Shown piece after piece: positions 12,454-24,447 of a stretch of 64,000 nucleotides of DNA. This DNA comes from Neovahlkampfia damariscottae. Taxonomy: Eukaryota. The stretch is from the NCBI GenBank assembly GCA_016618085.1, contig JABLTG010000003.1, positions 124,001 through 188,000 on the forward strand, given 5' to 3'. The notes beneath the pieces are model-generated. The model was not told the DNA's origin and did not search any database. It worked only from the letters and a program-made list of their open reading frames with translations. The position numbers and the translations under genes are program-made. Every line of letters begins with the position of its first letter. The first letter of the stretch is position 1.

Positions 12454-14392
12454 ATGATTCAACGAATAATAACTGTTGTACTTTTGTTGTTGATAACTTT
12501 TGTCGTTTCTGAAGATACAAAAAATGTCAAGTTTTCTATTATACACACAGGGTATGGAAAAATACAACACTAACAAAGACAGAGACCTCCATAGTCATTT
12601 TGATCCAAATTATCCAAAAATTGCACATTTTGTTAAAAAATATCAAAAAGAGCATCCAAAATCGACTTTAACAGTTGATTCCGGTGACTGGTTTAGTGGT
12701 ACTATGTTTAAAATGATAGGAATGAGTTACTTACTCCAACAAGAATCACCTGAACTTGAATTTTTTAATTATTTGGATTATGACGCTGTTGCTCTTGGAA
12801 ACCATGGTAAAAAAAAAAAACAATTAAAAAATTTGAAAAAAGAGTTTGATGGTCATCAAAATAATTTAGTTTATATGATTAAAAAAGCAAATAATATTTC
12901 AGGAATGCATGTACCAATTTTAACTTCAAACATGGAGGTAAAAAAAATTGTCATTTATTTTCAAAATCAAGTTTGGAGAGAATTGTGATGATGTGAAAAG
13001 TATTTTAAAAGAACCACAAACTGATGAAGATCATCATCGGTCTGGTGTTTATTTCACAAAATATTCATTAAAACGTTTATACGGAGAAAATAATCAATCC
13101 ATTCTAGCAGGAATGATTGGAAGTAAAAAAAATGATTTTTTAATAGAAAAGTTTATGGTCCAAATAGTGCTTTTTACACTGAGAATAAAAGAACTTGCAT
13201 CAGTTTTCGAGGATATAATGACACACACTCACATGATTTATGGGATGACTATACACATTCTGTTCATAGTATTTCGACTTTTCTTCGAGAAAAAGTTGGA
13301 GTAGATATTGTTGTTGGATTAGTACATGCAGGAGATCCAGAAGATGTTAATTTAATCAACTCATTGACAAAAATATCAAAAGGTGGATTACCAATCATTG
13401 ATGTACATATTGGTGCTCATACTCATCAAGTATATGGATTCATGAAAGATGGAATTTATGTTTCAAATGCTGGTGATTCAGGTATTCAACTTGGTGTCGT
13501 TGAATTGGAGTACAATGTTCAAAAAAATACAAGACTCCGAGTTGTGAGTGAAGATATGCATTTGGATGTTGAAAAATACCCTTTTAACGATTTATACTAT
13601 AGAAATAAGGTTGATGATTATATTAGAATCTTAAATAATCATTTTTTGAATCAAATTCCATTCAAATATAACACTCCAATTGTGACCATGAAAAGAGATT
13701 TATCAGGTCCTGTTGAATTTGCAAAATTTGCAATTAATGCAATTTATCATCAAATGAATGCTGAAATTGAAAACAAAAATTCGATTTATAAAAATTATCG
13801 AAGTGAAATTGAGAAAATTGATATTTTTTTTACATCATGGGATTATATCAGACCACAACCTCAATATTTAAAGAAAAATGCAACTTTAGACTTTTCTAAT
13901 ATATTTGATTTACTAGGAATTGGTGACATCGATAAAAATATCAATGCTCATTCTTTACCTTATGATCCGATTGTTCATTGGTATGTTCCAAAATCAAAAG
14001 TTCAAGAAATGGTGGAAGCATCTCAATTGTATGCAAAATTTGTTGATTCAGCAGCTGATTTCGTATTCTCTGATTCATTTACTTATAAGTGGACTTGGTT
14101 TGGAATTCCTTATGTGAAATCAATGTGTTATGATATGAAGCTTTATGGCAAACCGTATGAAGAATGGCCAAAGATGATTCATTTTGCAGCTCCTGCAATG
14201 ATCGCAAATTTCCTTCCAAAAGCGTCTTTATTGACGAAAGGACTTGTAGATTTCATCCCAAAAGACAAATATGGTCGTAATTTGCCTCATATTTTGGATG
14301 ATGAGTACACTTATTTTAGAAGTTATTTGTTGGTCGCAGAAGGAATGCCAGGTGTAGTTGAAAGAGATTTCAATAAGATGAATAAAAATTAG
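12454..14392 (+). CDS. Secreted 5'-nucleotidase/calcineurin-like metallophosphoesterase (UshA/CpdB-like); about 4 introns
   Basis: Signal peptide MIQRIITVVLLLLITFVVS; HTGDLHSH, DSGDW, LGNHEFD, LVHAG, GAHTH motifs after splicing. Confidence 0.85.
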
Positions 14393-14441
14393 ATGAAGTA
14401 GATTTGCCTCCAAATGCATACCTCACCTAAAGGATCTTTAA

Positions 14442-14596
14442 GAGACCACGTCATGAACGTATAATGAACATTAATCAAATATGTTCTGTACCAAACTTCG
14501 AAACAGAACTATTGGATATAAACAAAACTATATCTTTCATTTTAAAATTATGGAATTGCTGATCTGGCAATAGATCAGAATTTAATGAGTGGTCTC
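14442..14596. ncRNA. Candidate structured non-coding RNA, unclassified
   Basis: Terminal stem GAGACCAC(G)TCAT/ATGAGTGGTCTC enclosing three hairpins; no ORF. Confidence 0.4.
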
Positions 14597-14766
14597 ACAT
14601 AGTGATCATTGAATTTTTTAGCCAATGAATTCTCTTCCCTCCAAAACTAATTTCTGGTTTTATGTTCACCTATAAACAAAGTTTTATCTTACTTTTTTCA
14701 TTGATTCTTCAAATTTTCTCTGTTGAGTTGTATCCAATCAAATTCTTGTTTTGCACCAAACCTGCC

Positions 14767-17335
14767 ATGTCCAACAAAAAGAAATTTCCTTATAACTTTC
14801 CTTTTAAGCCTTATGGAATTCAAGAAAAATTTATGACCGAATTATACAACACCTTGGAAAAAGACAAAATTGGAATTTTTGAATCTCCAACTGGTATTCT
14901 TTTATTTGAAATTTAAAAAAAAAAGGAACGGTAAATTAAATATATTCTAAATTTTCCAGGGTAAATCATTAAGTATAATTTGTAGTTCAATATATTGGCT
15001 GCTAGAACAAATTCGAAAAGAACAAAATATTCAACCTTTAGTTGAAGAAGAAAATACACTCTCAAAAGAGCCTTTATGGGTTCAAGAACATGCAAAAAAA
15101 AGAAAAAGAGAAGAAGAAGAAGACAAAAAAACAGAAGAAAAAAATCAGTAAAAAAAACCAACCAACCACTAAAAATCACAAGGCAAGAAAATCGTATAAA
15201 AAGAGTAACACAATATCAACAAAGAAGGTCTACATTTTTAAAAACAATTACCACAAAAAAAAGTGATAATGATGATGAAGATTTATTGGTTAATTATGAT
15301 GACGAAGAGATTGAACCTAAAAACATTGTTGGAATTAAAGATAGTCTTTTAAAAGATTTATATGATACATCATCAGAAGAAGATGAAGCTTTACCACAAA
15401 AGAGCAATTTATTAGAAGAAGAAGTTCCTTATCAAACTCCAAAGGTTTGAATTGAATTGAAATTGACATATTTATCAGATTATATACTGTAGTAGAACAC
15501 ATTCACAGCTTGATCAATTCATGCAAGAAATAAAAAAAACAGATTATGCAACTGAGATACGATTGGTGGCTTTGACATCGAGAAAAAAAATGTGTATACA
15601 TCCAAAAGTATCAAAAATCGAATCATCAACAAGACTAAATGAAGTTTGTTTGGATATGAATTCAAAATCTGATAAAAAGTGCAGTTTCTCAGATTCATCA
15701 TCCCAAGGATTATTTAAAGATCATAATTTGATCAAAATAAGAGATATAGAAGAATTAGTGGTACTCGGTAAAAGAATATCAGCTTGTCCTTATTATGGAA
15801 CTCGTAAATCTGTTCCTTATGCACACATTGTTGTTATGCCTTATAATAGTCTGATTCATAAACAAACAAGAGAAGCACTAGGAATCAAATTAGAAAATTG
15901 TGTAGTTATAATTGATGAAAGTCACAATTTAGTTGAATCAATCATTCATGCTCATAGCTCTCAAGTCAACAATTCACAATTTCAAAAAGCATTCACATAT
16001 TTGACGAGTTATTTTGATAAGTACAAAAACAGATTAAAACCAAAAAATCAAAACCGAGTTAAACAATTAATTTCTCTATTGAAGACGTTTATCAAATATT
16101 TAAATGAAAAAAATCAAAAAAAATCAAAAATTCTTTCAATGAATGACTTCCTTTTTGAATTAGAAATTGATAATATTAATTTATTTCAAGTTGAAGAATT
16201 TATCATTAAATCAGAAATTGCAAAGAAATTGAATGGTTTTGTTGAAAAAACAAGTGGAAATCAAGAAAGTGCAACGACTTGTATTCATCAAGTTACTTCT
16301 TTTTTATTGTCTTTGACCAATTTTGATAAAGATGGAAAAGTTCATATTGACTGTTCTTCAACAAGTAAATTCAATTTATAAATTAATTCTTTCAAGAACT
16401 TGGTGATCATTTTATCAAATTTTTATTGTTGAATCCAAATGTCTATTTTCAAGAAATCATTGAAAAATCAAAATCTATTATATTGGCAGGTGGAACAATG
16501 GAGCCAATATCAACATTAATACAACAATTATTTCCGACTTCTATTGAGAGGATCAATAGATTTCAATGTGAGCATGTCATTCCAGATGAAAATTTACTTC
16601 CTTTATGTGTTGCTGAAGGAGTCACAAAGAAATTTGATTTTACTTACTCATCAAGATCAAATCCAACAATGGTAAATTACTTTTTTTTTTTTGAATTTTT
16701 GATAGATTGAACAACTTGGTAAATTCTTGGTGAATGCTTCTCAAATTGTTCCAGGAGGTGTTGTCATCTTCTTTCCTTCTTATTCCTATGAAGAAGAAGT
16801 TTATAAATCATGGTTGAAATCAGGAATCATTGTTCAAATTCAAAGAGAAAAAAAATATTTAAGAGAACCAAAATCATCATCTGAAGTTACTCATATTTTA
16901 AATGACTTTAAAAAAACCATTGATGAGAAGAAAACTTTCAAAGGAGCAGTGTTAAGTTGTGTTGTTGGTGGAAAAATGAGTGAAGGTATCAATTTTTCAG
17001 ATGATTATGGTAGATGCATTATTGTTGTCGGATTACCTTATCCAAATACTCAGGATTTAGAATTGAAAGAAAAAATGAAGTACTTGGATTCTGTGTCAAA
17101 AAATGGAGGTCAAGAATATTATGAAGGTTTATGTATGAAAGCTGTTAATCAATCAATTGGTAGATCAATTCGTCATATTAAGGATTATTCAACGATTTGT
17201 TTGTTGGATCAAAGATATCTTCAAGAAAGAATACAGAAAAAATTGCCAATGTGGATTCAAAAAAGAATCAAAAATTGTGAAAATTATCATTGTGTAACGA
17301 AAAATTTGAAAGAATTTTTTCAAATCAAAAGATAA
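14767..17335 (+). CDS. DDX11: Fe-S DNA helicase DDX11/ChlR1 (Chl1); multi-intron, includes a 5-nt microexon 14926-14930
   Basis: FPFKPYGIQ, ESPTGTGKSLS (after splicing), YCSRTHSQL, SRKKMC, ACPYY, IIDESHNL, LAGGTMEP, GGKMSEGINFSD, AVNQSIGRSIRH. Confidence 0.95.
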
Positions 17336-17358
17336 TAAAGTTATAAATAACTTGATTT

Positions 17359-18635
17359 TTATTGGTCAATTATTTTGGTTAAATATTCATCACAGTGATT
17401 TTTAAATTTTTCATTTCCAATTTTTTTGTAAATTTTCTTTGCTAACATGAAATTTTTCTTTGAATTTTCAAAATCACCAAGTTCAAATAAAGAAATTCCT
17501 GAAAAGAAATATCTCGCAGATAATTCAATTTGAACTTCGTTTTCGTTCAAATTTCTCCATTCAGGCATTAATTTCTCTTCTGCTGATGCTAGTGTCTTGA
17601 AAATAAAAAAAGCTTCTTTGAAATCACCAAGAAATAAACGACAAATAGCCAACATATTTTCAAGTTTATAAAGTGAAATTTTTGATGAAATAGATTCACC
17701 TTCTTCTTCAACTTTTTCTTTAGCAATCTAAACTCTTTAGAAATTTTTTTTTTCTTTACACGAATAACTCTTGTGAGAGTGGTTCTTTGAAGTTGAAATT
17801 TTTTCAAAGATGAATAAGCTTTGCCAAGATATAATCCAGCATTTGAAATCTGTTCTACTGATAAATTCAATATCTCAGCTGCAACAAGTGCTTTTTCTAA
17901 AATGTGAATTGCATATGTTTCTTTCTCTTGTTGAACTAAAACTTTTCCCAATTGTATAGCTGATTTAGTAGTATTTTCATGTTTAAAGCCTATATATGTT
18001 TCCAAAATAGTGAATGCCTTTTCAAAAAACTCAAGTGATTTTTTTGGACTTTTGCAAAAGTATTTTAATTTTTTTTTGTGATTTTCTCACTCTTTTTTTT
18101 CAAAAATATTACCTAATTCTTGATATCCTTGTGCTAAATAAATTTCATTTTCATCAATTTTTTGGTTTCTTATTATTGACAGAGATGATAAAATTAATTC
18201 TTGTGCTTTTTCTGATTCATTTTGTTGACGAATTAATGAAGCTTTTGTGATATTTAAATGTGCTTTTCTTCTAAAATCTTTACAGTTTTCATAAGATTTT
18301 TTTAAATAATTCATTGAATCATCCACATTTCCTGCTTCATTTTCTAGTTCTGATAATTTCCAAAATGCTTTGTAAATTGGAAATTTTTTGAACTCATGTT
18401 CTTTTTTATGTTCCATATTTATCAAAGAATTCATGAAATTATCAAAATTCTCTTTTTGGTTTATGTCAAAATTTTTTCTTTTTAATTTCTTGAAATAGTT
18501 GGTCAGTTCATCTTCCAATAGATGAAATTCTTTTTTTTCTGAAAGTTCCTGGAGTTTGGAAATTTGATGTTTTGTTGTGAACTTTTTTGTTTTTGTGAAA
18601 GTTTTGGTGGAAAATTGTTGGAAACTTTTAATCAT
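17359..18635 (-). CDS. TPR-like helical repeat protein with a mitochondrial-type presequence; about 2 introns
   Basis: Three consecutive minus-strand ORF segments with TPR-like patterns (LAQGYQELGNIF, SAIQLGKVL, AGLYLGKAY). Confidence 0.6.
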
Positions 18636-18679
18636 TTTGATAGGTGGAAAATTAAGCACCAATAAATGACAATTATTTT

Positions 18680-20035
18680 TTATTCAATTTTTGCACCTGA
18701 TCGAAATCTTGTTTTTCTTTTAAATATATTGTCATTTTTCATTTTTGCAAAGTTTGTTTCGTAGAATAACTTCATTTGACCATTTTCTATAACATCTTTT
18801 TCTTTATAATCTTCAATAGATGCTCCTTTTGGAATTGCTTTCATTTGTTTCTCCATATCTTTATTCAAATTCTTCCCTCTTTCTTTTCCAATCGTTTTGA
18901 TGAACTCCAATGAATCATTTTTCATCCATCCACCAAGATTAATATTAAAAATTTGCGTAAAACTTGTTTTACTTTCATCAATTTCTTTCAAAAAAATACA
19001 ACTATAAGCAAACATGAAAAAAGACTTCGTTGATTTGTTTGAATTATTGTCAACAGTTTGTTTTGATGGATGCGACCATGATTCATTTTCATCAATATAA
19101 GGTTTAGTAACACATTGAATCATCCGTTCCTCGGGTATATACATCATAGAACATCCTATTTTCATTATTCGAGAATTGAATGGAAATCCGAAATCCATTT
19201 GGTACTCCATGACCAATAAATTCCTTTCATATCTCATGGATTTTAATATTTCTTTCAATTCTTTGGTTTGAATGAAATCTTTTACAACCACTTTTTTGAT
19301 ATTTGGATCAAATTCTTCAATCATTTTGTCATTGAATATAAATAAACCTGCTTGTTCGAGTGAATAAGGAAGAACAGTTTCACATTTCATAGTTCTTGTT
19401 TTAACTTCTTTTACACCTGGCATGTAATTGAATTTTGAATGGAAGACATTTGTTCCATTTTTAGTAGATATTAAATCCCATTTTGGATTGTCTTGAAACA
19501 GAATTTTGAAATAATCAAAATCTGAATCTTCAATAATATAATTTTTAAAGTATTCATCATTATACTTGAATGATGAAATGATAATGGGTGTGACTAATGA
19601 AGAGTCTTTTTTATGTTTTTCAATGAATTTGATGCATTCTTTTGTCCTAACAAATCTTGGAAAAGAGTCAAAGAATAATTGATCTGCAATTGATTTAGAT
19701 ATATCTTCAAATATTCTTTCCAAAGAACCTTCAAACTCATTATTTTTCATTTTCTTGTACACCTGTGTTACTGGTCTTTTTAGTTTTCCTGATATATTTA
19801 ACTCCATTTCAGAGTCATTTTCAATAAACATATCATAAATTCTTATGAATTCGGATTCTATTTTATCAGTTGTTTTTAATGTTTTGTAGGTTTCTGAAAG
19901 TTTCAAAAATTTCCAGGGTTCTGTATTGAACTCTGTGCTTAAATGATTTTCAAATAAGTCACCTATTTCTTTATTCAAAAAGAGTGAGTTGAATCTTAAT
20001 GAAAAATGTTCCTCTTCACTTGCTTTATTGTTCAT
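18680..20035 (-). CDS. RGS domain + START-like lipid-binding domain protein
   Basis: LFENHLSTEFNTEPWKF, ELNISG, DSFPRFVRT (RGS); C-terminal helix-grip-like region ending TSFTQIFNINLGGW. Confidence 0.8.
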   Translation of the reverse strand: MNNKASEEEHFSLRFNSLFLNKEIGDLFENHLSTEFNTEPWKFLKLSETYKTLKTTDKIESEFIRIYDMFIENDSEMELNISGKLKRPVTQVYKKMKNNEFEGSLERIFEDISKSIADQLFFDSFPRFVRTKECIKFIEKHKKDSSLVTPIIISSFKYNDEYFKNYIIEDSDFDYFKILFQDNPKWDLISTKNGTNVFHSKFNYMPGVKEVKTRTMKCETVLPYSLEQAGLFIFNDKMIEEFDPNIKKVVVKDFIQTKELKEILKSMRYERNLLVMEYQMDFGFPFNSRIMKIGCSMMYIPEERMIQCVTKPYIDENESWSHPSKQTVDNNSNKSTKSFFMFAYSCIFLKEIDESKTSFTQIFNINLGGWMKNDSLEFIKTIGKERGKNLNKDMEKQMKAIPKGASIEDYKEKDVIENGQMKLFYETNFAKMKNDNIFKRKTRFRSGAKIE

Positions 20036-20154
20036 GTAAAATCAACCAATCAAATTTTGTGGAACACTCCAAAAGGTATGAATCAGAAGTTTTTGCAAAT
20101 AGAAGAGAATTTCAAATTATGAACAAAATTGAAGACATAAAAATTGATGTTTTA

Positions 20155-22539
20155 TTAAATATTTCTGTTTGACACTCCAACCAAAACAGCACTTGACGAT
20201 GTCCATTCAGGCATTAAACCTAGGGAATACTTTAACGTTTCAGTTATCATTGATTCATGTATGAATATGGAAGCTATTTTTAAATGAATTTCCGATGAAT
20301 TTGATTTGCATTCATTTTGCTCCAATGTAAATTCAAACTTTTTCGAAATTTGATGCAAATCATGATATCCATAAATATGACGAAATTTATAGAGAAATGA
20401 TTCACCTTTAAGGTCTTCAGAAATACCAACTGGTATTGAACAATTACTAAAAGAACAATTTGTTTCAAGTTCAATATGAAGAGCCAACAAATTAACGTCA
20501 GATTCCAATGATATTAAAATAGTATTGTTATCAACACGTTTTCCTGTATATTTCGGTACTAATTTTGATTTCAAATTTATCAGTGATTTATCATTGTTGG
20601 CAGGAATTGATTTGAAAACACCAGTTGCTTTGGATGAAGGTGGACCCAATGTTGGAATTGGAAAAACTGTTAAATTTTTTTCTTCAAAGCCATGCATCAA
20701 AGGAATGAAATCCATTGAAACTGCGTCAGTTGACTGAAAAGCAACAAAGGATTCAAATGATGTTTCATTTTCAAATTCTACTATTTGCTGAATCATTATC
20801 CTTTTTGGTCTTTCATTATTATAAGGTGAAATAAAAATTGAACTTGTTAAAAACAATATGGTCAAAAGAACAAAAAATCTCCCCATTCCATTAGAATTCT
20901 TCATTTTATAAAAGAATGGAATCAACAAAGTCAACAACAAAAATGATACTGCAGAAACCATAACTGAAATCACATAGTCTGCTTTTGTTGAATATGACCT
21001 TCCCATAATTGCTGAAAACACTTCAACCAAAATATAAACGGAATCAATTAGTACAATTGATGGTAAAATAATGATCAAAAATGGAGGAGGGTTTTTGATG
21101 ATCAAACCAATAAACAAACTCATTGAGAATAATAACGCGATGAATGATGTTCCAATTTGTGCTTGTGTCATTAATAATAATAAAATATTCCAAAAAACCA
21201 GAACAGAAACATAAACTTCATCAAATGAAAATATTCTGAATAACCTTAATGAGAAGAAGAATCCAGCAATAGTTGGAATTAGATAAAACAACAAACAAAA
21301 TTTTGACCCTGTAGCATACCAAAACATTGGTGATTTCGTAATATTAAGTACAACAAAAGCAACAACCAATGAAAACAAAATACAAGTGAGCAATGAAATT
21401 CCAATAGAGATTATTGATTTTGTGACATTGAACCACATATCACCTTCTGAACATTTTTTAATGATAAAAAATAAAATTATAAAAAAAATGATCATGTTCA
21501 AATTTGTTGAATCCTCCATTGAATAAGTGATCAATTTCAAACTTAAAAAATCAAAAAAAACTGGTAATTTGTCTTTGTCCACTTTTGTATTATAATTTGA
21601 ACTCATCATTGACATATGTTCAACAAACATTTCTACATTCTCTCCCATGTGTAAAATAGATCCTTCTTCAAAAGTTTCAAATGAATCTCCTTTTGTGTGA
21701 TAAACATGGCCATTTTGATAAAATGCAGTATCAATTCCAACACAATTATCTTTTAATTTGTATAATTTATAATCTGTATCTGATGGAATAATTTTTAATT
21801 CAAAGACATCTTGTCCCATGACATTTCCTTTGAAATTTTTAACAGATTTTGAAAATTCATTCATGATCCATGAATTTCCTGCTTGAAAGATAAAATTCCT
21901 TCCTCCTGTTCCTGCTGCTTCTAAATTAATGAATGCTCCAATTTCTTTTGATATCTCATCTTTCATGAATGCACTCGCTCCTAACAAGCCCATTTCTTCT
22001 GCAGCATTGAAAAGGAAAATTAAAGGATGTTTAATTTTAACTTTTTTATCACATAAGTTTTGTAATACTTCCAAAGTTACAACAACAGGAACTCCATCAT
22101 CATAGAAACCTGGTGAAGTAATTCCAGAATCATAATGTGACGAAACCATAAATGCGTCTGAAAATCTTTCTTCTAAAGGTTCTAAATACATAATTATATT
22201 AGTTATATTTGAATATGAAACAACTACTGGAGGTCTTGTTCCAATTTGAATCGAGTTTGCACCTGTGTGTAATTTTTCAAAAATTTTTGGTTTTGAAATT
22301 TTTTTTAAACAAATTTCTAATGATTTTAGTTTTTTAATTATAAATTTTGAAGCTTCTTCTTCTTGGATTGTTCCAACGACACGTGGTCCAATATTTTTTG
22401 AAAACTCTAATAAATTTTGATGTGCTCTTGTCTCGTTGAATACAGAACCTTGATAGTTCTTAACATTTGGTTGTTGTTGATAATGAACAAGAAACCCAAT
22501 TAAAACTATCAATAACAACGGAAAAATATCGGAAAACAT
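20155..22539 (-). CDS. ERMP1: M28 family ER metallopeptidase (ERMP1-like), multi-pass membrane protein
   Basis: SSHYDS, DDG, NAAEEMGLLG, NLEAAGTGG, IPSDTDY, YHTKGD, followed by about 8 TM helices. Confidence 0.9.
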   Translation of the reverse strand: MFSDIFPLLLIVLIGFLVHYQQQPNVKNYQGSVFNETRAHQNLLEFSKNIGPRVVGTIQEEEASKFIIKKLKSLEICLKKISKPKIFEKLHTGANSIQIGTRPPVVVSYSNITNIIMYLEPLEERFSDAFMVSSHYDSGITSPGFYDDGVPVVVTLEVLQNLCDKKVKIKHPLIFLFNAAEEMGLLGASAFMKDEISKEIGAFINLEAAGTGGRNFIFQAGNSWIMNEFSKSVKNFKGNVMGQDVFELKIIPSDTDYKLYKLKDNCVGIDTAFYQNGHVYHTKGDSFETFEEGSILHMGENVEMFVEHMSMMSSNYNTKVDKDKLPVFFDFLSLKLITYSMEDSTNLNMIIFFIILFFIIKKCSEGDMWFNVTKSIISIGISLLTCILFSLVVAFVVLNITKSPMFWYATGSKFCLLFYLIPTIAGFFFSLRLFRIFSFDEVYVSVLVFWNILLLLMTQAQIGTSFIALLFSMSLFIGLIIKNPPPFLIIILPSIVLIDSVYILVEVFSAIMGRSYSTKADYVISVMVSAVSFLLLTLLIPFFYKMKNSNGMGRFFVLLTILFLTSSIFISPYNNERPKRIMIQQIVEFENETSFESFVAFQSTDAVSMDFIPLMHGFEEKNLTVFPIPTLGPPSSKATGVFKSIPANNDKSLINLKSKLVPKYTGKRVDNNTILISLESDVNLLALHIELETNCSFSNCSIPVGISEDLKGESFLYKFRHIYGYHDLHQISKKFEFTLEQNECKSNSSEIHLKIASIFIHESMITETLKYSLGLMPEWTSSSAVLVGVSNRNI

Positions 22540-22586
22540 AAACAACACTTGATTGGTTCCAATAATAATTTTGATTTTATTTTAAC

Positions 22587-23243
22587 TTAAAATTTTTTTG
22601 AAATCCAAATTGCAGTATGACAACCAAATTTAATAGTATCATGTAAAATTTTATAAAAAGGAGCTTCTTCTGCTTTATTTTCCACACTTAAATCATGATG
22701 ATGTATTTCATCATCTCTGAAAGATCTAATAATTTTTCTGAGTTCTTTATCTTTTGAATATTTATCCATTTTATAAATATCTCTCAATTGTTCTTCATAA
22801 TGTTCCGAAATCACAGTTTCAACTGCTTTGTGACAAGCCATTGCCGCTTCTCTACCCATTAAAGCAGTACCAACACCAACAAAATATCCAAATGTATTCC
22901 AAATAGGATGCATTATTGTTGGTCTCACTCTACGTTCAGAAATCATTTTAGAGAATGTTTCATAATGAACTTCCTCTTCTTTCAAAATTTCTTTGATGAC
23001 AGGATCATCTTTCAGTATAGCTAATTGTCCTTTACATATGGTAACAGCTCCTAATTCGCCTGCATGATTTACACGGATCATTGAATCTAATTCACGTCTT
23101 TCTTCTGAGTCATCATAAAGTCTTCCTTTTTCTTTGACTGATGTTTCTATTTTTTCACTAGTGTATAATCTTATCTGTGGAAATTTAAAAATTAAAGTTT
23201 GAAGTTTTTTTGTTGTTTGTTTTTGAACAATTTTTTGAAACAT
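22587..23243 (-). CDS. COQ7: 5-demethoxyubiquinone hydroxylase
   Basis: IRVNHAGELGA, EEVH, RVRPT, AVETVISEHY, RDDEIHH di-iron motifs; mitochondrial presequence. Confidence 0.95.
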   Translation of the reverse strand: MFQKIVQKQTTKKLQTLIFKFPQIRLYTSEKIETSVKEKGRLYDDSEERRELDSMIRVNHAGELGAVTICKGQLAILKDDPVIKEILKEEEVHYETFSKMISERRVRPTIMHPIWNTFGYFVGVGTALMGREAAMACHKAVETVISEHYEEQLRDIYKMDKYSKDKELRKIIRSFRDDEIHHHDLSVENKAEEAPFYKILHDTIKFGCHTAIWISKKF

Positions 23244-23304
23244 GAGTTTATTGGTGGAAAATTAATTGACCAATAATTTTACCACTCACAACCAAAAGAA
23301 AAAC

Positions 23305-24439
23305 ATGTCTACAAATGAAACTATAACAGCTGTAGAGTGTTATAAGCATTCAAGAAGTACAAAAATTATAGTTTTTGGTATGATTTAAATTCTATTAAAG
23401 AGTAATTATAGGAGGACAAAATTCAATACAAATTTACAAATACGAAACCAAGAAATCAAAAAATGAAAAAACAGACACAGTTCATTTGTAAATCAAAAAG
23501 TAAACTAATTTTTATAAAGTGAATTAAAAGATGAATTGGATTCATTTGACACAAATTCATTAGAAATTCGTCACATAAAATTTGCTCACACTGACGAAGT
23601 CATGTAAGTCTTCAAAAAAAACATAAATTTTCAGATTTTCAACAATAAATAAGAATAGTCAAGTATCAGTATACTTTCCAGAAAGGGCATCAAAAAATCA
23701 AGAACAATATGTTGAAGTAGAGCATACACATTCACTTCCAGTAAATTCATCTGCATTTTTTGATAATCATATAATAACTGGTTCAACTGATAAAACATGT
23801 ATGATTTATGATTTTGTCAAAAAAAAATCACATGGTCATTTCAATTTTTCAAGTCCTGTTGTCTCAGTAGAGACACATGCCAAAGAAAAAAAAAAATTTT
23901 TAGTAGCTGAAAAGAGTGGAAGAATATACATGTTGGATGATTCAAATAACAAAAGTTTAATATGTAGAACTGAGGAAGTTAAAAATCGTCTTGATTTTCC
24001 ATTATTAGATTTTGAATGGAATCCTAATGATCCAACAAAAGTTGGAGGTGTTTCATCATCTAATTATTATGGTATTTTTATTTTGAGTTTTTTTAAATAA
24101 TTTAAAATAGTTTGGGATATCAGAAAATCAAATGATTGTCTTTATAAAAATGTTGCTCATTATTCAGGAACCACAAAATTCAAGTTAAAAAAAAAAATAT
24201 TAAACAACTTTTTAGATGGGCAAATCAACATGTTTTTGCAACTACAGACCATTATGATTGTTTAAAAGTATTTATTTTCTAGTGTTAATTTTTTTTAGAT
24301 TCATGATCCTTCTAGGAAGCTGTGTCAAACATATAAACAAAATTTTAGAATTGGTGGATTAACATTCACAAATTCAGATGATAATATTTGCATTACAGGT
24401 TCTTATCATAAATTGAATTATTGGTATGCTGGTTATTAA
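23305..24439 (+). CDS. NUP37: WD40 nucleoporin Nup37-like; about 6 introns
   Basis: SPVVSVETH..KFLVAEKSGRI..KVGGVSSSNYYVWDI..FKW..FATT..GLTF..CITGSYHKLNYW resembles the Nup37 C-terminal half. Confidence 0.7.
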
Positions 24440-24447
24440 AAGAGTTT

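Noticed and set aside
14400..14640. U1, U3 or U4 identity for the structured element (GATCAC, ACCAC..TGAGTGGT, TAGCCAATGA look-alikes)
   Set aside because: No ACTTACC 5' end, no proper B/C/D boxes or hinge, and no U6-pairing region in the expected order
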